Below, in pieces: positions 11,069 to 20,283 of a DNA stretch of 60,505 nucleotides (within the stretch, counting starts at the first letter, position 1; every line of letters starts with the position of its first letter). The notes beneath the pieces were generated by a model. That model was not told where the DNA came from and searched no databases. It worked only from the letters and a program-made list of their open reading frames with translations. A program made the position numbers and the translations under genes. The DNA is taken from NCBI GenBank assembly GCA_937935995.1, contig CALGXF010000067.1, positions 1-60,505 on the forward strand. The letters are read 5' to 3'. Origin of the DNA: an uncultured Alphaproteobacteria bacterium. GTDB lineage: Bacteria > Pseudomonadota > Alphaproteobacteria > CAAHEQ01 > UBA3637.

Positions 11069-11205
11069 TCGGGCGTCAGCAACATTTGAAAGTGTCCTTT
11101 GATTTTTCGTCCACGTTGCCCGAAACGTTTTAATCGGGCGTCAGCAACACTGAAAGTGCTCGTTGGTTTTTTTCGTCCACGTTGACTGAAACGCCTTAAT
11201 CAGGG
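11058..11205. repeat. Tandem direct repeat of about 65 bp, about 2.2 copies
   Basis: The units start at about 11058, 11123 and 11189. Each begins 'AAACG(C/T)(C/T)TTAATC(G/A)GG'. Units 1 and 2 share 'GGGCGTCAGCAACA' and 'TTTTCGTCCACGTTG'. Confidence 0.85.
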
Positions 11206-12236
11206 GCTTTTTCAAGCAAACAGGCATCGCCGTAAGAAAAGAACCGATAATGTGTATCAATGGCGTGTTGATAAGCTTTTTTCATGCAATCAATGCCGCA
11301 AAACGCACAAACCAACATGAATAACGTTGAACTCGGCAAATGGAAATTGGTAAATAACGCATCGGCATATTTAAATCGGTATCCCGGCGTCATAAAAATA
11401 GAGGTTTCCGCACAAAAATCATGTAAGACGCCCGTGTCATCCGCTGCGCTTTCCAAAAGACGCAAAGCCGTCGTTCCGACCGGAATGATACGTCGGCCTT
11501 CTTTTTTGGCTTGATTTAACGCATGCGCCGTTTCTTTGGTAATGATGCCGAATTCGGCGTGCATCACATGGTCTTTTGTGTCTTGAACTTTAACGGGCAA
11601 AAACGTCCCGCCGCCGACATGCAGCGTGACAAAGTGCATCTCAATGCCTCGATTGCGCAAGGTTTGAAGCAGGTTTTGCGTAAAGTGCAATCCGGCCGTC
11701 GGTGCGGCTACGGCGCCTTCATGTTTGGCAAAAATCGTCTGATAATTGGATTTATCCGATTCTTTACCTTCTTTTGTTCGTTTGATGTAAGGCGGCAATG
11801 GCATAATTCCGTGTTGATGCAACATGGCAAATAAATCGGCACCGCTGACATTGAATTGTAAAACAACCGTTCCGTCTTGCCGTTTTTCCGATACAGACGC
11901 TTTGAAATCATCCGAAAACATGATTTCTTGACCGGGTTTTAACCGCCGGGCGTTTTTAATTAAACAGCTCCATGTGTTTAAGTTGATTTGTTTCAGCAAG
12001 GTTGCTTCAATCGCTGCTTCGCTGCGTTTACCGTAAATCCGCGCCGGAATGACCTTTGTATCATTGAAAACCAATACATCAGTCGGCTTTAACAAATCCG
12101 GCAAGTCCGCAATCGTTTTGTCATCAAATATTGCCGGGGGCGTTACATGCAAAAGCTTTGCCGATTCCCGAGGCGTCGCCGGTTCATTGGCAATTCTGTC
12201 GGCCGGCAAATCAAATTGAAAAAGGTCAACCCGCAT
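11196..12236 (-). CDS. queA: S-adenosylmethionine:tRNA ribosyltransferase-isomerase
   Basis: 346 aa. 'MRVDLFQFDLPADRIANEPATPRESAKLL' and 'APTAGLHFT' are QueA signatures. Confidence 0.95.
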   Translation of the reverse strand: MRVDLFQFDLPADRIANEPATPRESAKLLHVTPPAIFDDKTIADLPDLLKPTDVLVFNDTKVIPARIYGKRSEAAIEATLLKQINLNTWSCLIKNARRLKPGQEIMFSDDFKASVSEKRQDGTVVLQFNVSGADLFAMLHQHGIMPLPPYIKRTKEGKESDKSNYQTIFAKHEGAVAAPTAGLHFTQNLLQTLRNRGIEMHFVTLHVGGGTFLPVKVQDTKDHVMHAEFGIITKETAHALNQAKKEGRRIIPVGTTALRLLESAADDTGVLHDFCAETSIFMTPGYRFKYADALFTNFHLPSSTLFMLVCAFCGIDCMKKAYQHAIDTHYRFFSYGDACLLEKAPD

Positions 12237-12761
12237 TTAAAAATCTTCTTCGGTTTCATCCACAAGCGTGTCTTCGTTAAAACCGACATAATTTTGAATG
12301 ATTTCCATTTGCTCTTTGATTAAATAGTCAAACATTTCTTCAAAGTGTGCAAATTCTTTAACCGGTTCGCCCGAAAACTCATCGACTATTTCATACACGT
12401 CTTTGACCGGATTGTAAACAAAATTTTCTTCATCCGTGCGGCCGATGAAAACTTTATCAGTCCCTTTGTTCAAGGCTTGATACAACATATTTTGTTCGGC
12501 AAGCCCCGTGATGTTATAACCGTTTTTCTTGTCGCTGGACGAATTAGCACCGAAAAATTCCAACCCCGCCCAAAACAAACCGTCTGTCGTGAACAAAAAA
12601 TCGCTGTATTCGTCCGGCAGCTGTAATCCCATTTTTTCCAACCGATCCTGAACGGCAAACAAGTGATCATCCGTGACCGGATTGGTTTTAAAAACGCCGC
12701 CGATATCCTGCGCATTTAATAGCAACTCTTTAAACATTCCGTCTCCTTTTCTTTTAATCAT
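12237..12761 (-). CDS. SMI1/KNR4 (SUKH-1)-like protein
   Basis: 174 aa. 'VQDRLEKMGLQLPDEYSDFLFTTDG' resembles the SMI1/KNR4 core. Its stop directly abuts the queA start. Confidence 0.4.
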   Translation of the reverse strand: MIKRKGDGMFKELLLNAQDIGGVFKTNPVTDDHLFAVQDRLEKMGLQLPDEYSDFLFTTDGLFWAGLEFFGANSSSDKKNGYNITGLAEQNMLYQALNKGTDKVFIGRTDEENFVYNPVKDVYEIVDEFSGEPVKEFAHFEEMFDYLIKEQMEIIQNYVGFNEDTLVDETEEDF

Positions 12762-12805
12762 AAAAAGAATAGGGGTAAATGATTAATAAAAGATAAAAAT
12801 CTGCC

Positions 12806-13405
12806 TTAAATGTGATGGAAATTTTGAATAGCAAAGCTCCAGTTAATCAAGTGATCTAAAACCGCTTGCGTGTAATCCGGCCGTCTGTTTTGATAATCCA
12901 GATAATACGCATGTTCCCATACATCAATCGTTAACAAGATTTGCTTTTTCCCGAGCGGTGATTGAGCGTTAGGTGTATTGATGACTTTTAAATGTCCGTC
13001 ATCGACAATCAGCCATGCCCAGCCGCTACCGAATTGAGTTGTCGCCGCTTTTTTCAATTCTGTTTTTAAGTTATCAACAGAGCCAAAATCCCGAATAACA
13101 GCGTCTTTGAAGTCGCCTTCGGGAATGTCTCCGCCGCCGTTTGGGGATAAAGATTGCCAATAAAACGTATGGTTCCAAACTTGTGAAGCATTGTTGTAAA
13201 TGGATTGTTGAGACGGATATTTTTCCGTTGCTAAAATGATTTCTTCCAAAGTGTGCGTTTCAAGATTGGTGCCTTTAATCAAGTCATTTAACGTATTGAC
13301 ATAGCCGGCATGGTGTTTGCCGTAATGAAATTGAAGCGTTTTTTCGGAAATATAAGGTGCCAGTGCGTTTTCGTTATAGGGCAGTTTATAAAGTTCAAAA
13401 GCCAT
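12806..13405 (-). CDS. sodB: Fe-type superoxide dismutase
   Basis: 199 aa. Signatures are 'FHYGKHHAGYV', 'SQVWNHTFYW' (Fe-type Gln position) and 'DVWEHAYYLDYQNRRPDY'. Confidence 0.9.
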   Translation of the reverse strand: MAFELYKLPYNENALAPYISEKTLQFHYGKHHAGYVNTLNDLIKGTNLETHTLEEIILATEKYPSQQSIYNNASQVWNHTFYWQSLSPNGGGDIPEGDFKDAVIRDFGSVDNLKTELKKAATTQFGSGWAWLIVDDGHLKVINTPNAQSPLGKKQILLTIDVWEHAYYLDYQNRRPDYTQAVLDHLINWSFAIQNFHHI

Positions 13406-13547
13406 TTTTGTCTCCTTTCTGTTTTTCTAGAGATAGGATGTTTTTTTCAAAATGTCCAGCCCCTTTTTAAAAGAATGCATTCGGCTCTTTTAAAAAAAGA
13501 GTTGCATTTTATGGAAAAATTTGATAAACCAATAACACTTTTTCCGT

Positions 13548-13632
13548 GCGGTCGTGGCGGAATTGGTAGACGCGCAGCGTTGAGGTCGCTGTGGGGAGAC
13601 CCGTGAAAGTTCAAATCTTTTCGATCGCACCA
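13548..13632 (+). tRNA. tRNA-Leu (anticodon GAG), type II with long variable arm, CCA encoded
   Basis: Manual fold. Acceptor GCGGTCG/CGATCGC, anticodon stem CAGCG/CGCTG with loop TTGAGGT, variable arm GGGGAGACCC, T-loop TTCAAAT, 3' ACCA. Confidence 0.9.
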
Positions 13633-13635
13633 TAA

Positions 13636-13667
13636 AAAAACCGTTGGATTTTTCCGACGGTTTTTTA
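13636..13667 (+). terminator. Rho-independent terminator after tRNA-Leu
   Basis: Hairpin CCGTTGGA-TTTT-TCCGACGG followed by TTTTTT. Confidence 0.8.
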
Positions 13668-13693
13668 TATGATGGAAAAAGAAAGGAAAGCGG

Positions 13694-14098
13694 ATGGTAT
13701 CACTTCAGGATGATTACGAAAAAGCAATGGACGTTCTGGCAGACCTGGCGCAGGAATATGAAAAATGGGTGCAGGCGGATTTGCACCGTTTGCAGGCGAT
13801 TTTTAAACAAGCCGAAGCACTTGACGGCGAAAAACGGACACATCTTATTCAAACGGATTTGTTTCGTGTGGCGCATGATATGAAAGGGCAAGGCGCGACA
13901 TTCGATTATGAATTGGTTACGCAAATTGGCAACCACTTATGTCGTTATGTTGAAAAAAAGTCATTTTTCGGTCCGGCAGAAATGGATGCCGTTTCTCAAC
14001 ATATTCAAGCGTTGGCATTCGTCATCGATGCTCATTTAACCGGCGACGGCGGGGTCGAGGGACAAAAGCTGGCGGCACAAATCGAGGATATCACTTAA
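13694..14098 (+). CDS. Stand-alone Hpt (histidine phosphotransfer) domain protein
   Basis: 134 aa. 'FRVAHDMKGQGATFDY' matches the HxxKG phosphotransfer motif in a four-helix-bundle-like context. The stop and the next start form 'TAAATG'. Confidence 0.7.
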   Translation: MVSLQDDYEKAMDVLADLAQEYEKWVQADLHRLQAIFKQAEALDGEKRTHLIQTDLFRVAHDMKGQGATFDYELVTQIGNHLCRYVEKKSFFGPAEMDAVSQHIQALAFVIDAHLTGDGGVEGQKLAAQIEDIT

Positions 14099-14791
14099 AT
14101 GGTGGAGTTGGAACAAAATCATATTTTAGTCATTGATGATGACACGCGACTGCGCCGGTTGTTGCGGCGTTATTTGACCGAAAACGGTTTTTTGGTGTCT
14201 GAAGCGTCTCATCCGGACGAAGCGCGCCGATTAATGGATTCTTTTTTGTTTGATTTGCTGGTTTTGGATGTGATGATGCCGGGAGAAAACGGTTTTTCGT
14301 TTGCTAAATCTTTGCGGGAAAAAGGCAACATGATTCCGATTTTGATGTTAACGGCGATGGGAGAAATTCAAGATAGAATTCACGGATTGGAAAGCGGCGT
14401 AGATGATTATTTATCGAAACCGTTTGATCCGAAGGAATTGATTTTGCGTATTAACAGTATCTTGCGCCGAACGTTTATGTCGGCTCCGAAAGAAAAAGAA
14501 ACAACGTTGCATTTCGGGTCAACGATATATCATGTGGATAGAGGTACGTTGGAACAAGACGGCGTTTTTGTGTCTTTAACATCGGTTGAAAATGATTTGT
14601 TGAAAAAACTGGCAGCCAAAGCCGGTCATGAAGTCACGCGCGAAGAGCTGGCTTCATCTATGGAAACCGAAAATGAACGAACGATTGACGTGCAAATCAA
14701 CCGGTTGCGGAAAAAAATTGAAACGGATTCCAAAAATCCGCGTTATTTGCAAACGGTGCGCGGAAAAGGATATTTATTGTTACCGGATTAA
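14099..14791 (+). CDS. OmpR-family response regulator
   Basis: 230 aa. The receiver domain has 'ILVIDDD' and 'DLLVLDVMMPG'. The winged-helix domain has 'RTIDVQINRLRKKIE' and 'LQTVRGKGYLL'. Confidence 0.9.
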   Translation: MVELEQNHILVIDDDTRLRRLLRRYLTENGFLVSEASHPDEARRLMDSFLFDLLVLDVMMPGENGFSFAKSLREKGNMIPILMLTAMGEIQDRIHGLESGVDDYLSKPFDPKELILRINSILRRTFMSAPKEKETTLHFGSTIYHVDRGTLEQDGVFVSLTSVENDLLKKLAAKAGHEVTREELASSMETENERTIDVQINRLRKKIETDSKNPRYLQTVRGKGYLLLPD

Positions 14792-14796
14792 AAACA

Positions 14797-16179
14797 ATGA
14801 AAAAATCAGTCTTTCAAAAAGCAGGCCAAGTTTTAAAAGAAATATGGGATTTTATCCGATATATTTTAAAATACGTCAAAGTGAAAATTTCTCCGAAAAG
14901 CCTGTTAACGCGCTTTATTTTGATTATTTTAATCCCGATGGTTTTGTTACAGGTCGTGGCATCAATGGTGTTTTATGATAACCATTGGCGGTCTATCAGC
15001 CGTCGATTAGCCAACGACATTGCCGGAGAAATCGAAACGGTTATTTACATGATTGAACAATATCCGGATTCGGTTCAAACAGAAGATGTTTTGGCTTATT
15101 TTGATCAGGCGCTTCAACTGAAAATCTATTTTAAACCGGAAACACAGATTATTTTTGATTCCGTGAATGTCGATAATACGGGACTTGTTAAACAATTGGA
15201 TCGTGCATTGTCAAAGCTTGATTATCCATTTGTTATCAAGGAAGATCGCCTTCAAGATTACATCATGGTGTATATTCAATTGAAAACGGGTGTTTTAAAG
15301 GTTGAAGTCCCCCAAAAACGGGTTTTCAGTTCAACAACATACGCTTTTTTAATTTGGATGATCGGGGCGTCGATTTTGTTGTTTTGGATTGCGTTTTTGT
15401 TTATGAAAAATCAAGTACGATCCGTGTATCGGTTAGCGGATGCGGCGGAAAAATTTGGAACCGGGCGCGCGGTCGAACGGTTTAAACCCGAAGGGGCGAC
15501 GGAAGTCCGTCAAGCCGGACAGGCTTTTTTATTGATGAAAAACCGTATTCAAAAATATTTGGGTGAACGAACCAGCATGTTGTCCGGTGTGTCTCATGAC
15601 TTGCGGACGCCGTTGACTCGCATGAAATTACAACTGTCCATGATGCCGGATGACGAAAGCACGCAAGATTTATTATCCGACATTGATGAAATGGAAAAGA
15701 TGTTGGAAGGGTATTTGGCTTTTGCCAGAGGAGAGGGAAAAGAACCGTCTCAAGTGATGGAAGTGTCCGAATTGTTGACAGATGTTGTTGAAAAGCTGCG
15801 CCGCAACGGGCACGATATTGATTTGCACATCGAACAAACCCAGCAAATCAGCCTGCGTCCACACGATTTTGCGCGGGCAATTACCAATATTTTAACCAAC
15901 GCGCATCGATATGCTCAACATGCGGCTGTGGTCATGGGCGTGCGCGACCACTTTTTGGATATCACCATTGATGATGACGGCCCCGGTATTCCACCCGAAA
16001 AGCGTGATGATGTGTTTAAGGCTTTTTATCGGTTGGACGATTCCCGAAACTCTAAAACCGGCGGCGTGGGACTGGGATTAACCATTACACGGGACATTGT
16101 TTTGTCTCACGGCGGCGAAATTACATTGGAAGAAAGCCCAATGAAAGGACTTCGTGTTCATTTGCGCTTCCCGTTGTAA
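14797..16179 (+). CDS. EnvZ-like sensor histidine kinase
   Basis: 460 aa with two TM segments and a HAMP-like linker. H-box 'SHDLRTPLTRM'. The ATPase domain has 'DDDGPGIP' and 'GGVGLGLTI'. Confidence 0.9.
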   Translation: MKKSVFQKAGQVLKEIWDFIRYILKYVKVKISPKSLLTRFILIILIPMVLLQVVASMVFYDNHWRSISRRLANDIAGEIETVIYMIEQYPDSVQTEDVLAYFDQALQLKIYFKPETQIIFDSVNVDNTGLVKQLDRALSKLDYPFVIKEDRLQDYIMVYIQLKTGVLKVEVPQKRVFSSTTYAFLIWMIGASILLFWIAFLFMKNQVRSVYRLADAAEKFGTGRAVERFKPEGATEVRQAGQAFLLMKNRIQKYLGERTSMLSGVSHDLRTPLTRMKLQLSMMPDDESTQDLLSDIDEMEKMLEGYLAFARGEGKEPSQVMEVSELLTDVVEKLRRNGHDIDLHIEQTQQISLRPHDFARAITNILTNAHRYAQHAAVVMGVRDHFLDITIDDDGPGIPPEKRDDVFKAFYRLDDSRNSKTGGVGLGLTITRDIVLSHGGEITLEESPMKGLRVHLRFPL

Positions 16180-16180
16180 G

Positions 16181-17101
16181 TTAATGTGTCGGCATGGCGT
16201 CGCCTTTAATGCCTTTTTTCCGAGCGTTCTTTTCCCAAACCAACAAAGCATTGGCGCCTAAAATAATAAACCCGCCGACTAAAATATTCCATGTCAGCGG
16301 AACGCCCAAAAAAGTCACATCCAAAAAGACCCCTGTGACAGGTTCTAATAATAAAATCATGCCGATAGCTGTGGCCGGGACGTTTTTATTGTTCATGTAA
16401 ATTAATAAATTCGGCAGGGTATAAATAATTAAACTGTAAACCAAAAACGCACCCCATAACAAGGGTGAAAAGTGAAGTGTCATGGCTTCGAGGGAAGGGT
16501 TATAAGTAAATGCCCTGAACACAAAATAGGTCAGCGTCAATGGAATAACCGTATACAAATTCACGGCAAAAAAGGTTCCGTATGGGGAGATGCCTTGTTG
16601 TGTGTAGTACTTGGTTAAAATTAACCAAACGGACAACCCCATGCCGGCGATTAATGCCAAAAACAATCCGAGTGCAGAGAAGTGAGCATCATGAAACGGG
16701 TCAATCAAAATAACCATACCGGCTAACATGGCAAAGACCAAAGCCCAATCCAGTTTGGTTTGTTTGTGGTGAAAAATAAAATGCATCATTAAAATAGTCC
16801 ACAAAGGTTGCAAATAAACAATCAGAACAATCAAACTGACGGGAATGTTCAGGAAAATCGGCGCATACTCACCCAAGTTAATGGCCAGCATTGTGATGAC
16901 AAACAAAAGCGAGATTTTCCACGGGATTTGAAATACTTTTTTGAAATCATGGCGAGCCAAATAAAGTGTTGCCACGCCGGCAATGAGGTTCGGATACAAC
17001 ATAATTTCGAATAAAGAAGCTCCCATGTTGGATAGGACTTTTCCGCCGAACACAACGCCGCCGAATAAAATACCGCTGATAATTAAGTAAAAATAAGCCA
17101 T
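16181..17101 (-). CDS. EamA/DMT-family transporter
   Basis: About 10 TM helices. Trimmed to the ATG at 17101, which is preceded by a GGGGAG RBS. Confidence 0.75.
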   Translation of the reverse strand: MAYFYLIISGILFGGVVFGGKVLSNMGASLFEIMLYPNLIAGVATLYLARHDFKKVFQIPWKISLLFVITMLAINLGEYAPIFLNIPVSLIVLIVYLQPLWTILMMHFIFHHKQTKLDWALVFAMLAGMVILIDPFHDAHFSALGLFLALIAGMGLSVWLILTKYYTQQGISPYGTFFAVNLYTVIPLTLTYFVFRAFTYNPSLEAMTLHFSPLLWGAFLVYSLIIYTLPNLLIYMNNKNVPATAIGMILLLEPVTGVFLDVTFLGVPLTWNILVGGFIILGANALLVWEKNARKKGIKGDAMPTH

Positions 17102-17237
17102 TTTAATCTCCCCTTTTACCAAATAAGTCGGAAACGAAAAAAGTCAAGATAGGGTTTTATTGGAAGCTGGAAAAAGATTGACAAAAACAAGAAAAGAGAG
17201 TATTCTTTACTGACTTGCATCAAATTTGGGAGGAAAA

Positions 17238-17615
17238 ATGAAGGATATTGATCATATTGTTGATATAGTAAGTCAGTCTTGTTTAGCAGAAGCTCGTGCG
17301 AATCTTGATTCCTGTTACGGCGATAGGTGTGATGAAAAAGGAATTCTTTTAAAGGATAGAGCCATTCAATTGTATGATACCATTCGTGAACAGGTAAAAG
17401 ATTGGGATGACAAAACGCGGATAGATATGATGATGGCGGCTTTGTATGTGATTGCCAATGATGAAGAACTCATGGGAGAAAAACTTCTAGATTTGCGGCA
17501 TATTAGAAAAAATACGACAGAAGGAGCGGCTTCGATTATCCTGGACTATGGTTTAAAACGGAAAACGGATGAAGTTGAGTTGCTGAAAAATGCGTTAAAA
17601 GGAAGAGAACGTTAA
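17238..17615 (+). CDS. Hypothetical protein
   Basis: ATG at 17238 preceded by a GGGAGG RBS, and followed by a clear terminator. No recognisable motif. Confidence 0.5.
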   Translation: MKDIDHIVDIVSQSCLAEARANLDSCYGDRCDEKGILLKDRAIQLYDTIREQVKDWDDKTRIDMMMAALYVIANDEELMGEKLLDLRHIRKNTTEGAASIILDYGLKRKTDEVELLKNALKGRER

Positions 17616-17637
17616 ATCCATCTGTTTTCTGGCAGTT

Positions 17638-17669
17638 CAAAAAGAAGAATGAAAATTCTTCTTTTTTTA
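17638..17669 (+). terminator. Rho-independent terminator
   Basis: Perfect hairpin AAAGAAGAAT-GAAA-ATTCTTCTTT followed by a T-run. Confidence 0.85.
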
Positions 17670-17681
17670 TGTATTTTTTGA

Positions 17682-17712
17682 TTGACAGTGGGGGGGGGGG
17701 GTATGATATACT
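17682..17712 (+). promoter_or_regulatory. Sigma70-type promoter whose spacer contains a G12 homopolymer
   Basis: TTGACA (17682-17687), then GT, then G12 (17690-17701), then TATGATATACT. This offers -10 candidates TATGAT (14-bp spacer) or TATACT (19-bp spacer). An AAGGAG RBS and the ATG at 17746 lie downstream. Confidence 0.55.
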
Positions 17713-17745
17713 CATCCCCATTCAATTGGTAAAAGGAGAACAGAC

Positions 17746-18969
17746 ATGGATTTGAATGAACAACACGAACTCATTGACCGTTTGGGAATTTCGGACGGAT
17801 GGAAGAAAACATTTAAAGAAAATCGCCGTTTTAACGTGTGGGGACTGCTTTTCGGGTGGTTATACGTTGCTTTTTTGGGAATGAGCAGCACGGCAGTTTT
17901 TTATTTCTTTATGATGTTCTTTCCGATGATTGTGCTGGGAACTATTCTTCCGGATACGGGAATCGGCGTGCTGTTGGGTATAGGCGTCATGCATATTTGG
18001 ATTGCTTTTCGGGTAAACGGAAAATACAAACAATATGTTATGAAACGAAAAGAAATTTATCTGAATGTTCGTCCCGATGCTCCCGTCTCGTATTTCTTTG
18101 TTTCGCGTAAGCGTTTTTTCTTCGGAAGTATTTTAACAGTCGGGTTATACAATCTTTATTGGATGTACCGAAATTGGAAAGCAATTAAGGATACCCGGAA
18201 ATATCCGGATATCAGTCCGTTGGGAAATACCTTTTTTTGGATATTTTATTTGCCGGGGCTTTTGAAAACAATCAAAACAGATGCCGTTAAAACCGGGTTT
18301 AGCGGTCGTTTTTCGGTCGATTGGATGTTTGTGCTTTATACGGGGGCGGCGATTGGAACGTATTATATTGAACGACTGAATAGTATATCTATTTTCCTTG
18401 AGATTTTATGGTGGCTTTTAATAATCGTTTCACCGATTATCTTATTTCCGGCTCTTCAAGCCATTGCCGTTCATAATAAAGCCATCAATGAAACGGCAGA
18501 ACCGCAGACAAAACCGACATTCGGTGAAGTTTTGATTTTTATCATCGGCGGCGTGCTGCTCGGTTTGACTGTTTTATCTACTTTTGCTACGGTAAAATTC
18601 AGTAAAAAGGAAACAGTTGTCACAGCCTATATGATTTCTTCTTTTTTCATAGAAGATCTTCCGACTTATTGTGCTGACAATGGATATGTGATGTCGACTT
18701 CTTATATTCAGCTTGTCAAGGAAGCCTTTAAACGACCGGCTCTTATTGACGAAACGATTGAACAATTGCCGGATGCGGAAAAAAAGGTGCTTGCCGAAGA
18801 ACAAAACGAGATGTCAAGACAAGTCATCATGGGCTTTTATCAAAAAGGGAAAAGGGGTAATCCTCGAATGACGATGGCTGATTTATGTCGAGAAATAGAT
18901 AAGAATGCCGGCACTGTCTTATTACCGGTTGCACGTGAATATCGTCAGTTAATAAAAGAGTTACCGTAA
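17746..18969 (+). CDS. Polytopic membrane protein (DUF2628/DUF4234-like N-terminal part)
   Basis: 407 aa with a strong RBS. 'FNVWGLLFGWLYVAFLGM' and 'LYNLYWMYRNWKAIKD' resemble small-membrane-domain families. The C-terminal ~110 aa look soluble. Confidence 0.6.
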   Translation: MDLNEQHELIDRLGISDGWKKTFKENRRFNVWGLLFGWLYVAFLGMSSTAVFYFFMMFFPMIVLGTILPDTGIGVLLGIGVMHIWIAFRVNGKYKQYVMKRKEIYLNVRPDAPVSYFFVSRKRFFFGSILTVGLYNLYWMYRNWKAIKDTRKYPDISPLGNTFFWIFYLPGLLKTIKTDAVKTGFSGRFSVDWMFVLYTGAAIGTYYIERLNSISIFLEILWWLLIIVSPIILFPALQAIAVHNKAINETAEPQTKPTFGEVLIFIIGGVLLGLTVLSTFATVKFSKKETVVTAYMISSFFIEDLPTYCADNGYVMSTSYIQLVKEAFKRPALIDETIEQLPDAEKKVLAEEQNEMSRQVIMGFYQKGKRGNPRMTMADLCREIDKNAGTVLLPVAREYRQLIKELP

Positions 18970-18970
18970 T

Positions 18971-19001
18971 AAAAAACGCTCCGTAACGGAGCGTTTTTTT
19001 T
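18971..19001. terminator. Bidirectional rho-independent terminator between convergent genes
   Basis: AAAAAACGCTCCG-TAA-CGGAGCGTTTTTTTT, with an A-run and a T-run on either side. Confidence 0.85.
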
Positions 19002-20064
19002 ATCCTTTTAACAAATCTTTGTCGTGAAAATAATCAATTTTCATTGCTTTTTTCACTTTGGATAATGTTTGAGCCGCAACATTTTGAGCCGCTTCGGATC
19101 CGTTTTTCAACATCTCGTACACGGCCAGCAAATCTTTTTCGAATTCAGCCCGCCGCGCCCGAATGGGTTCCAGTTCCGATTGAATGATGTTATTCAGGAA
19201 CTTTTTGATTTTGACGTCTCCCAACCCGCCGCGTTGATAATGCGCTTTTAATTCATCCAAATTCGCGTAATCAGGCAGAAAAGCCTTAAAATGGTCATCC
19301 GTACTGAAAGCTTCCAAATAAATAAAAACAGGGTTGTCTTCGACGTGACCCGGATCTTCTACCCGCAAGTGAGTCGGATCGGTAAACATATTCATGATTT
19401 TATTTTTGACTTCATCTGCGGGATCAGACAAATAAATGCAATTGCCCAAAGATTTGCTCATTTTAGCTTTTCCATCCAAACCGGGCAGGCGGGAACACAT
19501 CAGATTGTCCGGCAACAAAGCTTGCGGTTCAACCAATGTTTCGCCATAAATTGTATTAAAAGAACGGACGATTTCGCGGGCTTGTTCAATCATGGGCAGC
19601 TGATCTTCGCCAACCGGCACCAATGTGGCGTTAAAAGCCGTAATGTCAGCCGTTTGACTAATCGGATAACAGAAAAAACCGACCGGAATGCTTTTATCAA
19701 ATTTGCGCATTTGAATTTCGGCCTTAACCGTCGGATTGCGTTGTAGCCGGGCAATCGTGACCAAGTTCATGTAATAAAACATCAATTCGGTTAATTCGAA
19801 TACGTGAGATTGAATGAAAATCGTTGACTTTGACGGATCCAATCCACAAGCCAAGTAATCCAACGCAACATTTAAAATGCTTTTACGAATTTTATCGGGA
19901 TTGTCCGCATTGTCCGTTAAAGCTTGCGCATCTGCAATCATGATGTAAATGTCATCATACAGGCCGGAATTTTGTAATTCAACCCGCCGTTTCAAAGAAC
20001 CGGCATAATGTCCGAGATGAAGTTTTCCTGTGGGTCTGTCACCCGTTAAAATAATATCTTTCAT
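19000..20064 (-). CDS. trpS: Tryptophan--tRNA ligase
   Basis: 354 aa with the HIGH-type motif 'TGKLHLGHY' and 'KMSKS'. Confidence 0.9.
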   Translation of the reverse strand: MKDIILTGDRPTGKLHLGHYAGSLKRRVELQNSGLYDDIYIMIADAQALTDNADNPDKIRKSILNVALDYLACGLDPSKSTIFIQSHVFELTELMFYYMNLVTIARLQRNPTVKAEIQMRKFDKSIPVGFFCYPISQTADITAFNATLVPVGEDQLPMIEQAREIVRSFNTIYGETLVEPQALLPDNLMCSRLPGLDGKAKMSKSLGNCIYLSDPADEVKNKIMNMFTDPTHLRVEDPGHVEDNPVFIYLEAFSTDDHFKAFLPDYANLDELKAHYQRGGLGDVKIKKFLNNIIQSELEPIRARRAEFEKDLLAVYEMLKNGSEAAQNVAAQTLSKVKKAMKIDYFHDKDLLKG

Positions 20065-20283
20065 ATTTAAAAATCCTTTTCATAAAATGTGTTTAAGAAG
20101 ATGTCTGTTCTAAAACACCCGTCACCATCGACAGGTTTTATGAAAAGCATAAAAATGAAATTTAAAAATTAACATACCGGAACTCCTGTTTTTATAAGAA
20201 TAATCAATCTGTGCTTTTTGTCAAGAAAAAGGTGGATTGCAAAATCCTAAAAAGAGATTTAAATTAAAAAGGAAAGGAAAAAA

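Noticed and set aside
13310-13606. 98-aa plus-strand ORF
   Set aside because: It starts antisense inside sodB and runs through the tRNA-Leu gene, so it is spurious.
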